Shown here: positions 13,193-25,875 of the stretch, piece by piece | Numbering within the stretch: position 1 is the stretch's first letter | Layout of the letters: each line of letters begins with the position of its first letter | Source: the human T2T-CHM13v2.0 reference genome, Homo sapiens | Assembly: GCF_009914755.1 (NCBI RefSeq) | Contig: NC_060927.1 | DNA length: 64,000 bases | Strand: one strand, 5' to 3' | Program-made: the position numbers and the translations under genes | Notes under the pieces: generated by a model | The model's input: only the letters and a program-made list of their open reading frames with translations | What the model was told of the DNA's origin: nothing | Database searches by the model: none

Positions 13193-16100
13193 CTCTGCCT
13201 GATCACATTGGAAGCCCCCTGGACCATCACGGACGCCGAGCTTTAGGTAACTCTTATGGTGGAGGGTAAGTCCGTCCCCTATTTAATTGATATGGGGGCT
13301 ACCCACTCCACATTACCTTCTTTTCAAGGGCCTGTTTTCCTTGCCCCCATAACTGTTGTGGGTATTGACAGCCAAGCTTCAAAACCCCTTAAAACTACCC
13401 CACTCTGGTGCCAGCTTGGACAACATTCTTTTATGCACTCTTTTTCAGTTATCCCCACCTGTCCAGTTCCCTTATTAGGTCAAGACATTTTAACCAAATT
13501 ATCTGCTTCCCTGATTATTCCTGGACTACAGTCACATCTTATCTCCACCCTTCTTCCCAACCCAAAGCCTCCTTCGTGTCTTCCTCTCATATCCCCCAAC
13601 CTTAATCCACAAATATGGGACACCTCCACTCCCTCCCTGGCAACTGATCACATGCCCATTACTATCCCATTAAAACCTAATCACCCTTACCCTACAACAG
13701 GCTTTAAGGGGATTAAATCCTGTTATCACTTGCTTGCTACAGCATGGGCTTCTAAAACCTATAAATTCTCCTTCCAATTCTCCCGTTTTACCTGTTCAAA
13801 AACTAGACAAGTCTTACAGGTTAGTTCAGGATCTGCACCTTATCAACCAAATTGTTTTGCCTATCCACCCTGTGGTGCCCAACCCATACACTCTTTTGTC
13901 CTCAATACCTTCCTCCACAACTCACTATTCCGTTCTTGATCTTAAAGATGTTTTTTTCACTCTTCCCCTACACCCCTCATCCCAGCCTCTCTTTGCTTTT
14001 ACCTGGACTGACCCTGACACCCATCAGTCCCAGCAGCTTACCTGGGCTGTACTGCTGCAAGCCTCCAGGGACAGCCCTCATTACTTCAGCCAAGCTTTTT
14101 CTCATGATTTACTTTCTTTCCACTCCTCTGCTTCTCACCTTATTCAATATATTGATGACCTTCTACTTTGTAGCCCCTCCTTTGAATCTTCTCAACAAGA
14201 TACCCTCCTGCTCCTTCAACATTTATTCTCCAAGGGATATCAGGTATCCCCCTCCAAAGCTCAAATTTCTTCTCTGTTACCTACCTAAGTATAGTTCTTC
14301 ATAAAAACACATGTGCTCTCCCTGCCAATTGGGTCTGACTGATCTCTCAAACCCCAACTCCTTCTATAAAACAACAACTCCTTTCCTTCCTGGGCATGGT
14401 TGGATACTTTCGCCTTTGGATACCTGGTTTTGCATCCTAACAAGACCATTACATAAACTCACAAAAGGAAACCTAGCTGACCTCATAAATCCTAAATCCT
14501 TTCCCCACTCCTGTTTCCATTCCTTGAAAACAGCTTTACAGACTGCTCCCACACTAGCTCTCCCTGACTCATCCCAACACTTTTCATTACACACAGCTGA
14601 AGTGCAGGGCTGTGCAGTCGGAATTCTTACAGAAGGACCAGGACCACGCCTTGTAGCCTTTTTGTCCAAACAACTTGACCTTACTGTTTTAGGCTGACCA
14701 TCATGTCTCCGTGCGGCGGCTGCCACCACCCTAATACTTTTAGAGGCCCTCAAAATCACAAACTATGCTCAACTCACTCTCTACAGTTCTCATAACTTCC
14801 AAAATCTATTTTCTTCCTCACACCTGACACATATACTTTCTGCTCCCTGGCTCCTTCAGCTACACTCACTCTTTGTTGTGTCTCCCACAGTTACCATTGT
14901 TCCTGGCCCAGACTTCAATCCAGCCTCCCACATTGTTCCTGATACCACACCTGACCCCCATAACTGTATCTCTCTGATACACCTGGCATTCACTCCATTT
15001 CCCCATATTTCCTTCTTTCCTGTTCCTCACCCTGATCACACCTGGTTTATTGATGGCAGTTCCACCAGGCCTAATTGCCACTCACCAGCAAAGGCAGACT
15101 ATGCTATAGTATCTTCCACATCTATCATTGAGGCTACCACTCTGCCCCCCTCTACTACCTCTCAGCAAGCCGAACTCATTGCCTTCACTCAAGCCCTCAC
15201 TCTTGCAAAGGAATTACGCGTCAATATTTATACTGACTCTAAATATGCCTTCCATATCCTGCACCACCATGCTGTTATATGGTCTGAAAGAGGTTTCCTT
15301 ACTACACAAAGGTCCTCCATCGTCAAAGCCTCTTTAATAAAAATGCTTCTCAAGGCCGCTTTACTTCCCAAGGAAGCTGGAGTCATACACTGCAAGGGCC
15401 ACCAAAAGGCATCAGATCCCATTGCTCAGGGCAATGCTTATGCTGATAAGGTAGCTAAAGAAGCAGCTAGCATTCCAACTTCTGTCCCTCACGGCCAGTT
15501 TTTCTCCTTCTCATCAGTCACTCCCACCTACTCTCCCACTGAAACTTCCATCTATCAATCTCTTCCCACACAAAGCAAATTGTTCTTGGACCAAGGAAAA
15601 TATCTCCTTCCAGCCTCACAGGCCCATTCTATTCTATTGTCATTTCATAACCTCTTCCATGTAGGTTACAAGCTGCTAGCCCGCCTCTTAGAACCTCTCA
15701 TTTCCTTTCCATCGTGAAAATCTATCCTTAAGGAAATCACTTCTCAGTGTTCCATCTGCTATTCTACTAATCCTCAGGGATTGTTCAGGCCCCCTCCCTT
15801 CCCTACACATCAAGCTCGGGGATTCACCCTCGCCCAGGAGTGGCAAATTGACTTTACTCACATGCCCTGAGTCAGGAAACTAAAATACCTCTTGGTCTGG
15901 GTAGACACTTTCACTGGATAGGTAGAGGCCTTTCCCACGGGGTCTGAGAAGGCCACCGCGGTCCTATCTTCCTTTTTGTCAGACATAATTCCTCAGTTTG
16001 GCCTTCCCACCTCTATACAGTCTGATAGTGGATCGGCCTTTACTAGTCAAATCACCCAAGCAGTTTCTCAGGCTCTTGGTATTCAGTGGAACCTTCATAC

Positions 16101-16680
16101 CCCTCACCGTCCTCAATCTTCAGGAAAGGTAGAACAGACTAATGGTCTTTTAAAGACACACCTCACCAAGCTCAGCCTCCAACTTAAAAAGGACTGGACA
16201 GTACTTTGACCTTCTGCCCTTCTCAGAATTCGAGCCTGTCCTCGAGATGCTACAGGGTGCAGTCCATTTGAACTTTTATATGGATGCACTTTCTTACTCG
16301 GCCCAAACCTCATCCCAGACACCAGCCCTCTAGGCAACTATCTTCCAGTCCTCCAGCAGGCTAGACAGGACATTCACCAGGCTGCTAATCTTCTCTTGCC
16401 TACTCCAGATTCCCAGCCATATGAAGACACCCTAGCTGGACGATCAGTTCTTGTTAAGAATCTGACCCCTCAAACTCTACAACCTCGATGGACAGGACCC
16501 CACTTAGTCATCTATAGTACTCCAACTGCCATCCACCTGCAGGACCCTCCCCATTGGGTTCACTGTTCCAGAATAAAGTTGTATCCATCAGACAGACAGC
16601 CTGATATCTTCTCTTCCTCCTGGAAATTGCAAGTACTCTCCCCTACTTCCCTAAACTCACTCACATTTCTGAAGAACAGT
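13193..16680 (+). pseudogene. pol: HERV-H pro-pol (protease, RT, RNase H, integrase), disrupted
   Basis: Protease LIDMGA and GQDIL; RT SVLDLKD and YIDD (14148-14159); RNase H WFIDGSS, AEL, IYTDSKY; integrase HHCC, WQIDFTH, QSDSG, SSGKVE, WTGPH. Confidence 0.93.
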
Positions 16681-16976
16681 AATGACCCTTATGAGCCTAA
16701 TACATCCCTTCATTTATTAGGTCTATCCATCCTTATGCTACTCTTTGCAACGGGGCTTTACGCAGTCACCCCCACTACTTGGACTGCACCCCAAAAAACT
16801 TGTCATCCCTTCTATATTCTGTCTAGCCATACTCCTATTCACCATTCTCAACTACTCATAAATGACCTGCTCTTGTTTACACTGCCGGTTTACATTGTTT
16901 CTCCAAGCCATCACAGCTGATATCTCCTGGTGCTATCCCCAAACCGCCACTCTTGACTCCCTCTTGGAGTGGATAG

Positions 16977-18729
16977 ATGATCTTTTCTGACAGGGCACCC
17001 TCCAATACTTCCGCCCTGATGAAGTTCTATCCTTTACTTTTATACTCACTCTTATTCTCATTCCCATTCTTATGCCACTCTCTACCTCTCCCTAGTTACC
17101 TCCAGCATACTAGCAATCTCATCCACTTTGTCCTCACTGCCGCCAATCCTTCTCTAGCAAAGAATTGTTGGCTATGCATTTCCCTTTCTTCCTGCTCTTA
17201 CACAGCCATCCCCGCTCTACAGGCCGACTGGGCTACCTCTCCCACCTCCCTGCACCTCAGAACCTCCTTTAATAGCCCTCACTTTACGCGCCTGAGGAAC
17301 TTCTTTACTTTCTAGACAGATTTGGTGAGAACTCCCCAGACATTTCACATCAATAAGCTGTCACACTTCTCCGCATCTACTTACGGCACCTTTCTCCTTA
17401 TGTCAATTCCACGCCCCCATATTTGGACTGCTAACCACGCAAACAACTATCCCTGTTGCCACTCCTTTATGCATCTCTCGACAACAGCCTACTGGAATCC
17501 CTTTAGGCAACCTTCCACTGTCCAAATGTTCCTTTACTCTTTATCTCCAGAACCCAGCCACACACATTACCAAACAGATGGGAGCATTCCAACTTCACGT
17601 TACTGATAAGCCCTCTATCATTACTGACAAACTGAAAAACATTGGCAGTCACTATTGTTTAGGAAGACACCTACCCTGCATCTCACTGCATCCTTCGCTA
17701 CCCTCCCCCTGCTCATCTGAATCTCCTCCTAGCCCCTCCTCTTGCTTGCTTATACCCAGCCCCATGAATAGCAGTGAAAGTTTACTTGTAGACACTATGC
17801 ACTTTCTCATATACCATGAAAACCGAACCCCTCCCTCTATGCAGTTGCACCATCAATCCCCATTACAATCTGTAACAGCTGCTGCCCTTGCTGGATCTCT
17901 AGGATTTGGGGTGCAGGATTCCTCTTTCAGTACACCCTCTAACCTTTTCACTTTACATTTCCAGTTCTGCCTGACACAAGGTCTCTTCTTTTTATGCGGC
18001 TCTTCCACCTACATGTGCCTACCTGCCAACTGGACAAGCACATGTACTCTAGTCTTCCTTACCCCCAAAATCCAGTTTGCAGGTGGGAATGAACAACTGC
18101 GGGTCCCCCTCATGACGCCAACACGACCAAAAAGAGTCATCCGACTAATCCCTTTACTTGTGGGTCTACGACTTTCTGCTTCCACTATTGTACTTGGAAC
18201 TTGAATAGCAGGCATTTCAACCTCTGTCACAACATTCTGCAGCCTCTCTAATGACTTCTCCACTAGCATTACAGATGTATCACAAACTTTATCTGTTCCT
18301 CAAGCCCAGGTTGACCCTTTAGCTGCAGTTGTCCTCCAGAACCGCCAAAGCCTTGATTTACTCACTGCTGAAAAAGGAGGACTCTGTATATTTTTAAATG
18401 AAGAGTGTTGTTTTTACCTAAATCAATCTGGTCTGGTATATGACAACATAAAAAAACTCAAGGATAGAGCCCAAAAACTCACCAACCAAGCAAACAATAA
18501 CATTGAACCCCCTTGGATACTCTTTAATTGGACGTCCTGGGTACTCCCAACTCTTAGTCCTTTAATACCTTTTTTTCTCCTTCTTTTATTCAGACCTTGT
18601 GTCTTTCGTTTAGTTTCTCAATTCATACAAAACAGCATCCAGGCCATCACCAATAATTCTATATGACAAATGCTCCTTCTAAGAAACCCACAATATCACC
18701 CCTCACCCCAAAATCTTTCTTCAGTTGAA
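16977..18729 (+). pseudogene. env: HERV-H env, full length (2 frameshifts and 2 stops seen)
   Basis: MIFSDRAPSNTSALMKFY signal region, CWLC, furin site RPKR, fusion peptide VIRLIPLLVG, ISD LQNRQSLDLLTAEKGGLC, CX6CC, hydrophobic TM segment. Confidence 0.93.
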
Positions 18730-18890
18730 TCTTTCCCACTGTAGGTTTCCACACAGCCCCTAATCCTGCTTGAAGCAGCCCTGAGAGACATTGCCCATTA
18801 TCTCTCCATGCCACCTCCAAAATTTTTTGCCGCTCCAACACCTCACCACTATTTTGTTTTGCTTTTCTTATTAATATAAGAAGACAGGAA

Positions 18891-19619
18891 TGTCAGGCCT
18901 CTGAGCCCAAGCTAAGCCATCATATCCCCTGTGACCTGCACATATACATCCAGATGGCCTGAAGCAACTGAAGATCCACAAAAGAAATGAAAATAGCCTT
19001 AATTGATGACATTCCACCATTGAGATTTGTTTCTGCCCCAGCCTAACTGATCAATGTACTTCGTAATCTCCCCCACCCTTAAGAAGTTTCTTTGTAATTC
19101 TCCCCATCCTTGAGAATGTACTTTGTGAGATCCACCCCCTGCCTGCAAAACATTGCTCCTAACTCCACCGCCTATCCCAAAACCTGTAAGAACTAATGAT
19201 ATGGCCGGGCGCGGTGGCTCACGCCTGTAATCCCAGCACTTTGGGAGACCGAGGTGGGTGGATCACGAGGTCAGGAGATCGAGACCATCCTGGCTAACAT
19301 GGTGAAACCCCGTCTCTACTAAAAATTCAAAAATTAGCCAGGCAAGGTGGCGAGCACCTGTAGTCCCAGCTACTCAGGAGGCTGAGGCAAGAGAATGGCG
19401 TGAACCCAGGAGGCAGAGCTTGTAGTGAGCAGAGATTGCGCCACTGCACTCCAACCTGGGCAACAGAGTGAGACTCCATCTCAAAAAAAAAAAAAGAATC
19501 CCACCACCCTTTGCTGACTCTCTTTTCAGACTCAGCCTGCCTGCACCCAGGTGAAATAAACAGCCTCGTTGCTCACACAAAGCCTGTTTGGTGGTCTCTT
19601 CACACGGACATGCGTGACA
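18891..19619 (+). mobile_element. HERV-H 3' LTR interrupted by an AluY
   Basis: Same sequence as the 5' LTR, follows the PPT ataagaagacaggaa, ends GCGTGACA. Confidence 0.95.
19203..19495 (+). mobile_element. AluY inserted in the HERV-H 3' LTR
   Basis: AluY diagnostics GAGATCGAGACCATCCTGGCTAAC, GAATGGCGTGAACC, GAGCTTG. Confidence 0.93.
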
Positions 19620-19679
19620 CAACCTTAAGGCATCTGGTCAGAGAAAGGGGATCCTTTCCCTGTTCGCCTGACAAACTTT

Positions 19680-20387
19680 TTTAACTGTCCAATGGGTTCA
19701 TCTTGCCTACCACCTAGACAGCCGTTTTATCAAGACAGGGGAATTGCAATAAAGAAAGAGTATTTCACACAAAGCCGGCTGTGCGGGAGACCAGAGTTTT
19801 GTAACTCAAATTAGTCACCCTGAGCATTCAGGGATCAGAGTTTTTAAGGATAATTTGGTAGGTGGGGGGCCAGTGAGTCAGAAGTGCTGATTGGTAAGGT
19901 CAGAGACAAAATTACAGGGAGCCAAGCTGTCCTCTTGTGGCTGAGTCAATTCCTGGGTTGGGGCCACAAGGTCAGATGAGCCAGTTTATTGATCTGGGTG
20001 GTGCAAGCTGATCCATCAAGTGCAGGGTCTGCAAAATATCCACTGATATTTTGCAAAATAAAGCACTGATATTATCCCCAAGAACAATTTGGAGAGAGTC
20101 AGAATCTTGTAGCCCCCAGCTGTATGACTCCTAAACCATAATATCTGATCTTTTGGCCAATTTGTTAGCCCTACAAAGTCAGCCTAGTCCCCAGGCAAGA
20201 AAGGGGTTTGTTTTGGGAAAGGGCTATTATCGTCTTTGTTTTAAACTATAAACTAAGTTCTTCCCAAAGTTAGTTCAGCCTAAGCCCAGGAATGAACAAG
20301 GATAGCTTAGAAGTTAGAAGCAAGATGGAATTGGTTAGGTCAAATCTCTTTCACGGTCTCAGTTATAATTTTGCAATGGATGTTTCA
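19680..20387 (-). mobile_element. LTR8 solo LTR
   Basis: Reverse complement starts TGAAACATCCATTGCAAAATTATAACTGAGAC, matching the recalled LTR8 5' end. Confidence 0.8.
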
Positions 20388-20425
20388 CTGTCATCTAAAC
20401 TCTGCTCTGAGAGTGCCTGTGCTAA

Positions 20426-21102
20426 TGTTACAGGTAGTTAACCAGGCATCAACAGGGCAGGAGAGCACTCTCCCCCACCCACTAGGAATGTTCGGTAATT
20501 ATCACATTACCTCTCTAAAAGTGGTGAATTGGGAGCCAGGCGCCAGGGGAGAGGCCGTTTCCTGATGGTCCACACCTGTTGCAGTAAAGTGTGATTTGAA
20601 TACTGACTCCAGGGAGAAGCAGCTTCCTGGGCATGCACATTAAAAGAGTCAAAATGGTGGTGCACAACGTTCCAGGGGCACGCCACTGGAAAAAGGAAGA
20701 AAGCCTCAGGTGGGCATGTGGACAACTTCCTAAACACACTGCACATGCTCACCTCCCAAGGGTAAGGAGGGCGCTGCATTTGCGGGCAGCCCACACTAAC
20801 GGAAGAATCATGGGAAAGAGGCGAGCCTATAAAGTCCTAGGATGCAGTTAAACGTCACACTTGACCTTTGTGCCTGTTTGGGTCTCTTCCCAGCATACTT
20901 TCTTTTCCTTTCTTTCCTGTTCTGAAGCCTTTTAAATAAACTTCCACTCCTTCTCAGAAAGGAGTCGCCCTTCCTGCCTTAGTCTTTTTTTCTGCTTTAT
21001 GCCCCTCAGTCGAATTCTTTCTTCTGAGGAGGCAAGAATTGAAGTTGCTGCAGACCTGTATGGATTTGCCGTCGGCAACTCGGATTCTTTCCACCAGTAA
21101 CA
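20426..21102 (+). mobile_element. LTR9-family solo LTR
   Basis: TGTTACAGGTAGTTA...CAGTAACA, TATAAA ~20828, AATAAA ~20935, 4-bp TSD CTAA. Confidence 0.8.
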
Positions 21103-21779
21103 CTAAGACCCCTCCATTCTTCCTGCAGTATCTGTTCTGTGGTCAGCTAGCCTTATGGCTTCTCACCAGTCATGGTCCTGCCTCTGGAAATCCACAGAAA
21201 GACTGGCGTCTTTTGCAGAAATCAGCTGTGTCCTTAGCTCTCTCTGCAGGCAGCTGCCCCAAAGCATGATCTAAAATGTCAGAGGCACCTGCTCAGAGAT
21301 CTCTGTATCTCCCCTCCTTCTTCAAATAGGGTCAGAAATTCCCACCATTACTACCACCTTTAGAAATTGTGAGTCTACATCTTCTGCCCTTTGGAAATAG
21401 ACATTTTGTATCTTATGAAATATAAAAAGATTATAAATTTGTTTGCTCTTTTGGTAAGGTGATCTGTATCTTCTGTCCTTTGAGAATAGTGCTACTGTAT
21501 CTTATGAAACAAGAAAAAAAATTTTTGTTCCTTTATGTTAAGGTCTGGGGACCTCGCTTCAAATGCAAATAAGTTTTGAATGGTGAATGCATAATTTCTG
21601 TTCCACTTTTCACAACTAATTCAAGTCCTGCTTGGTTCACCTTCAAAGTGTGCCTCAACTCTCCACTCAAGGTGAACCCAGCAGGATGTGAATCCCAGTT
21701 GGTTTGAAAATATTTCACTGTTGTTCTTCCGTTATAGAAACAATGCATATTTATTATAGAAAATTTAGAAGAGATAGAT

Positions 21780-22273
21780 ATCAAAAGACAGAATTACAAC
21801 AAGTTTAAGCATCTCAGTTGGCTTTATTTGCAATTCTAGAATAGGCAAGACTTTTTTCCATAAAACAGAATAAGTGTTCCAATGAGCTGAGCAAGAGAGT
21901 TTGGCTTTATAGACAGAGGAGTGCTGAAGAAAGCAGAAGCAAAGAACGAAGAGTTTATCAGTTACTTTTAGACAGAACAATAGAAAAAGAACTGATTAAT
22001 TAATATCAGGTTACTTCAGACTACTTCTTTGGTGTAAGGATTAAAGAAGAGGGAACTGCATTATTACACCCATTGAAGATTTAATCTGGTCCATTTGGGA
22101 AATTGGCTGTCTCTTTCTCCTGGCTTCTCAGAAGGTCAGATAGCAACTTAGTTTGTGTTTGGTGATGTGGAACTTTAGCTTGGGTGACTCCATGTTGATT
22201 TTTAGTCCAGTGTGTTGGGGCCTAGTGCAGAAACTCAGTCTAAAACAATGGCCTCCTAAAATTTTTATTTAAC
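21780..22273 (-). mobile_element. MER34-family-like LTR
   Basis: Reverse complement TGTTAAATAAAAATTTTAGGAGGCCATTGTTTTAGACTGAG, homologous to the 9915-10362 element. Confidence 0.6.
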
Positions 22274-22650
22274 ATACATAAGTTTTTAAAAAGTTTTCTG
22301 TACCTCCACATTTAAAATATTTTGATGTTTGATATTTCAGTTGTTTTATTAACATGCAAGTAGGTGTGTGTGTTTACACATTATTTTATGTGTGTGTATA
22401 TATATACATATCATTTTGTGAACTTTTAAAATTTAATGTATCTTTATTATTTTAATATCACTAATTATTCTCTGCAACATCATTTAATAACTATATAATA
22501 TACAACTATATAATTTACCTATCGTTGGACATTTAGGTTATTCTGAATTTTAAAATATTATATTATATATTTATATATCTATCATTTACACACATTGTGT
22601 AAATTAAATATATGTATAACAGACTATTATTCCTCTTGGTATACACTTAT

Positions 22651-22941
22651 TTCTTTTTTTTTGTTTTTTGAGATGGATTCTCGCTCTGTTGCCCAGGCTG
22701 GAGTCCAGTGGCGCCATCTGCAAGCTCCGCCTCCTGGGTTCACGCCATTCTCCTGCCTCAGCCTCCCCAGCAGCTGGGACTACAGGTGCCCGCCACCACG
22801 CCCGGCTAATTTTTGGTATTTTTAGTAGAGACGGGGTTTCACCCTGTTAGCCAGGATGGTCTCCATCTCCTGACCTCGTGATCCACCCGCCTCGGCCTCC
22901 CAAAGTGCTGGGATTACAGGCGTGAGCCACTGCGCCCAGCC
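22651..22941 (-). mobile_element. AluY
   Basis: caagctccgcc, ttcacgccattctc, ttagccaggatgg diagnostics. Confidence 0.92.
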
Positions 22942-23251
22942 TAGGTATTTCAATAGAAGTGGAATAAAGCCAATTTATTGTCTTTGAAAATCATGGCACT
23001 GTATGTTTCCATCCACAGAGTACAACAGAGCCCCTTTCCCCCTGTCTTCATGAACGTTGGATGGTAGCAGACCCCTCTACCTTTTATGTCAGCTACTAGA
23101 AAGAAATCAAACCTCGGTGTTGCTTCCTCCTGCAGTGTTTGAACTACCTCTGATCCGGAAAATTTTCATGTGCTCATTGGTCATTTCTGCTCATGCAAAT
23201 TGTCTTTTCATGCCCTGTGCTTTTTTTCTACTAAGATACTCAGTTTTCTCT

Positions 23252-23827
23252 TGTCAACCTAATATAATCGAAAGGGTCAGAATCTAATTTAAAGAGCGTT
23301 TATTCAAGTGCATGAGGATCGACCGCCCAGAAACACCAACTCCAAAGGGATGGAGTCGGTGTTGCAATGTAGGGAAGTTAAGATTTCATGTATATGGGTG
23401 GAGACAGAGGAGTTTTTGGTGGGATTACATTATTCATACAAGGTTGGCACATAGTTACAGAAATTAGGTTTTAGGCAATGTTTCTTTTGAGAAGGGTATA
23501 TTTTAACATCTTTTTGCAGAGGGTATGATAGTCACAGATTTTCTGTCATCTGGTTTAAGCAAAGCAGGACAACAAAAGGGAAGTTAATCTTTAGCAAGTG
23601 CTATTCATTAAAAAGGCGGGAAGTTTTTGTCTCTGATTTTGTTTAATTCTCTCTAGTCATTGTACAGAACAAGAAAAATAAGAAAGCAAGTTAATCCATA
23701 GTCTGAGAACCATAAATTGTAACCATATGTGGCTCAGATCACAGTCATCTCTATCTAGGCTTAATTTTTTTGGGGGGGCGCTGGGAAGCAGGTCCCAACA
23801 GCTTTAAAACTGTATTTATTTTCACAC
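23252..23827 (-). mobile_element. MER65/MER4-group ERV1 LTR
   Basis: tgtcaacctaa...aatctaatttaaagagcgtttatt end, shared with the 63048 element. Confidence 0.6.
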
Positions 23828-23870
23828 TTTCTCTGCACAGCTTCTCACACTGTGAGAGGCTTCCTTCCCT

Positions 23871-24161
<291 letters not shown>

Positions 24162-24457
24162 TGACTCCTTCCCTTGATACTCAACCTAACTTAGGAGTGC
24201 CCCACCTGGAAGACCTCCAAGCTGCTGTAACATTACCTGGCCCACTCCACACTTCTGATATGGGAACCCTTGGTTCCTGTTTCCCTCTACACCACCCCCA
24301 TCCCCATCACAGCAGTCATTACCTGGAAATACATTGTGATCCTGCCTGCTACAAGACAGAGCCAAAATGTGGATTTTCTCAATTTTGTCCTCCTAGTATC
24401 TCACACACAAACATACACACACACAGAGGGACTCAGCCTAAATATTTGTTAAGTGAA

Positions 24458-24819
24458 TGTATTCGTCCATTCTCATGTTGGTAATAAAGACATACCTGAG
24501 ACTGGGTAATTTGTAAAGAAAAAGAGCTTTAATAGACTCGCAATTCCACATGGCTGGGGAGGCCTCACAATCATGGTGGAAGGTGAAAGGCACATCTTAT
24601 ATGGTAGCAGGCAAGAGAGAGTGAGAGCCAAGTGAAAGGAGAAACCCAGTATAAAACCATCAGATCTTGTGAGACTTATTCACTACCACAAGAACAGTAT
24701 AGGGGAACTGCTTCCATGATTCAAATTATCTCCCACCCTGTCCCTCCCACAACCCATGGGAATTATGGGAGCTACAATTCAAGATGAGATTTGGGTGGGG
24801 ACACGGACAAACCATATTA
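24458..24819 (-). mobile_element. THE1B/C solo LTR
   Basis: taataaagacatacctgagactgggtaat...gggtggggacac...aaccatatta. Confidence 0.87.
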
Positions 24820-25059
24820 GTATATAAACACACATACATATGCCATAACTGCTAGGGGAAAATATTCAAAACCATTGGCTTGCTAAAGTGAATCAATATC
24901 TTTATATGTGAAAGCTAGTTTGGAGTATACATGTGATATCTCCTTCTCCTGGGAAACTATAGAACTCTCCTCTTGAGGAATTACTCTGCTCTGGAGAAGA
25001 GTTTTCAGGATGCTGACATGTGGGTGTGCCCCCACTGAAAAAGACTTGCTTGTAGATCA

Positions 25060-25875
25060 GTAAGGTATCTATGGGTTACAGTAATCTATTGCACATTTCA
25101 AAATAGCTAGGAGAGAAGAATAGGAATGGTTTTAGCAGAAAGAAAATATAAATATTTATGGTGATGCATATCCCAATTACGCTGGTTTAATCTTTGCAAA
25201 TTATATGAATGTATTAAATTATCACAAATGGCCTGAAACTATATACATTTGTTATGCATCAATTTTAAAAAAATTAAGGCTTACTTGCAACCCAGTCACC
25301 CTCTGTTGACAAGTCGTGCCAGTCCACTTAGAGCCATTTCACTCTTATACCAACAGCCACACATCACCAAACATTTGACAGTCTCCAACATAAAAAAGAC
25401 AACACAAACAGGATCACATAAACATGAAAGAAAATCAAAACCTATAATAAACATCTTCACAGAAATAAAAAGAATAATGAGAAAGAGCTCTTGGAAATGG
25501 AAAATAATATGGCTTTAATTTTTTAGAGAAATGCACCAAAAGGGTTAAAAGATGAAATCCAGAAAGTGAAGATGAGTACAAGCAAACAATTGGAAATAAG
25601 AAAAGAAAAGACTTCAGGAAAGGTGACAATGCTAAATGATAAAATTTCAAATAGAAACTACAGAGAAAATGAAAAGGAGTTACTCCTTGAATAAATAACA
25701 CAAAACATTCTATGAAACTGAAAAACACAATCATTCAGATTTAAAAGACACAGAGTACCCAGCACCCTGAATTTTAAAAGCTTGTGACAGGACTCTAAGC
25801 ATGAAAGCAGGGGATAAAAAGAGGATCCTAAAACTTTCAGAGACAGAGGAAATGAAAAAAAAAATCCAAGGTATC
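25060..25875 (+). mobile_element. Old L1M fragments (3' end piece and ORF1-like A-rich piece)
   Basis: tttcaaaatagctaggagagaaga L1MA/MB-type 3'UTR; purine-rich decayed ORF1-like sequence. Confidence 0.55.

Larger units (their letters stand above)
10582..19619 (+). mobile_element. Full-length HERV-H provirus (non-deleted, RGH2-like), coding-defective
   Basis: Two homologous TG...CA LTRs, perfect 5-bp TSD CAACC (10577-10581 and 19620-19624), PBS, PPT (18876-18890), gag/pro/pol/env homology. Confidence 0.97.

Noticed and set aside
14364-14759. Antisense ORF in HERV-H pol (HBZ/ASP-like idea)
   Set aside because: 131 aa with no motif; such frames are common opposite C-rich HERV-H coding sequence
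10582-19619. Possible replication-competent retrovirus
   Set aside because: Stops or frameshifts in every gene; protease DTG changed to DMG and RT LPQG changed to LLQA
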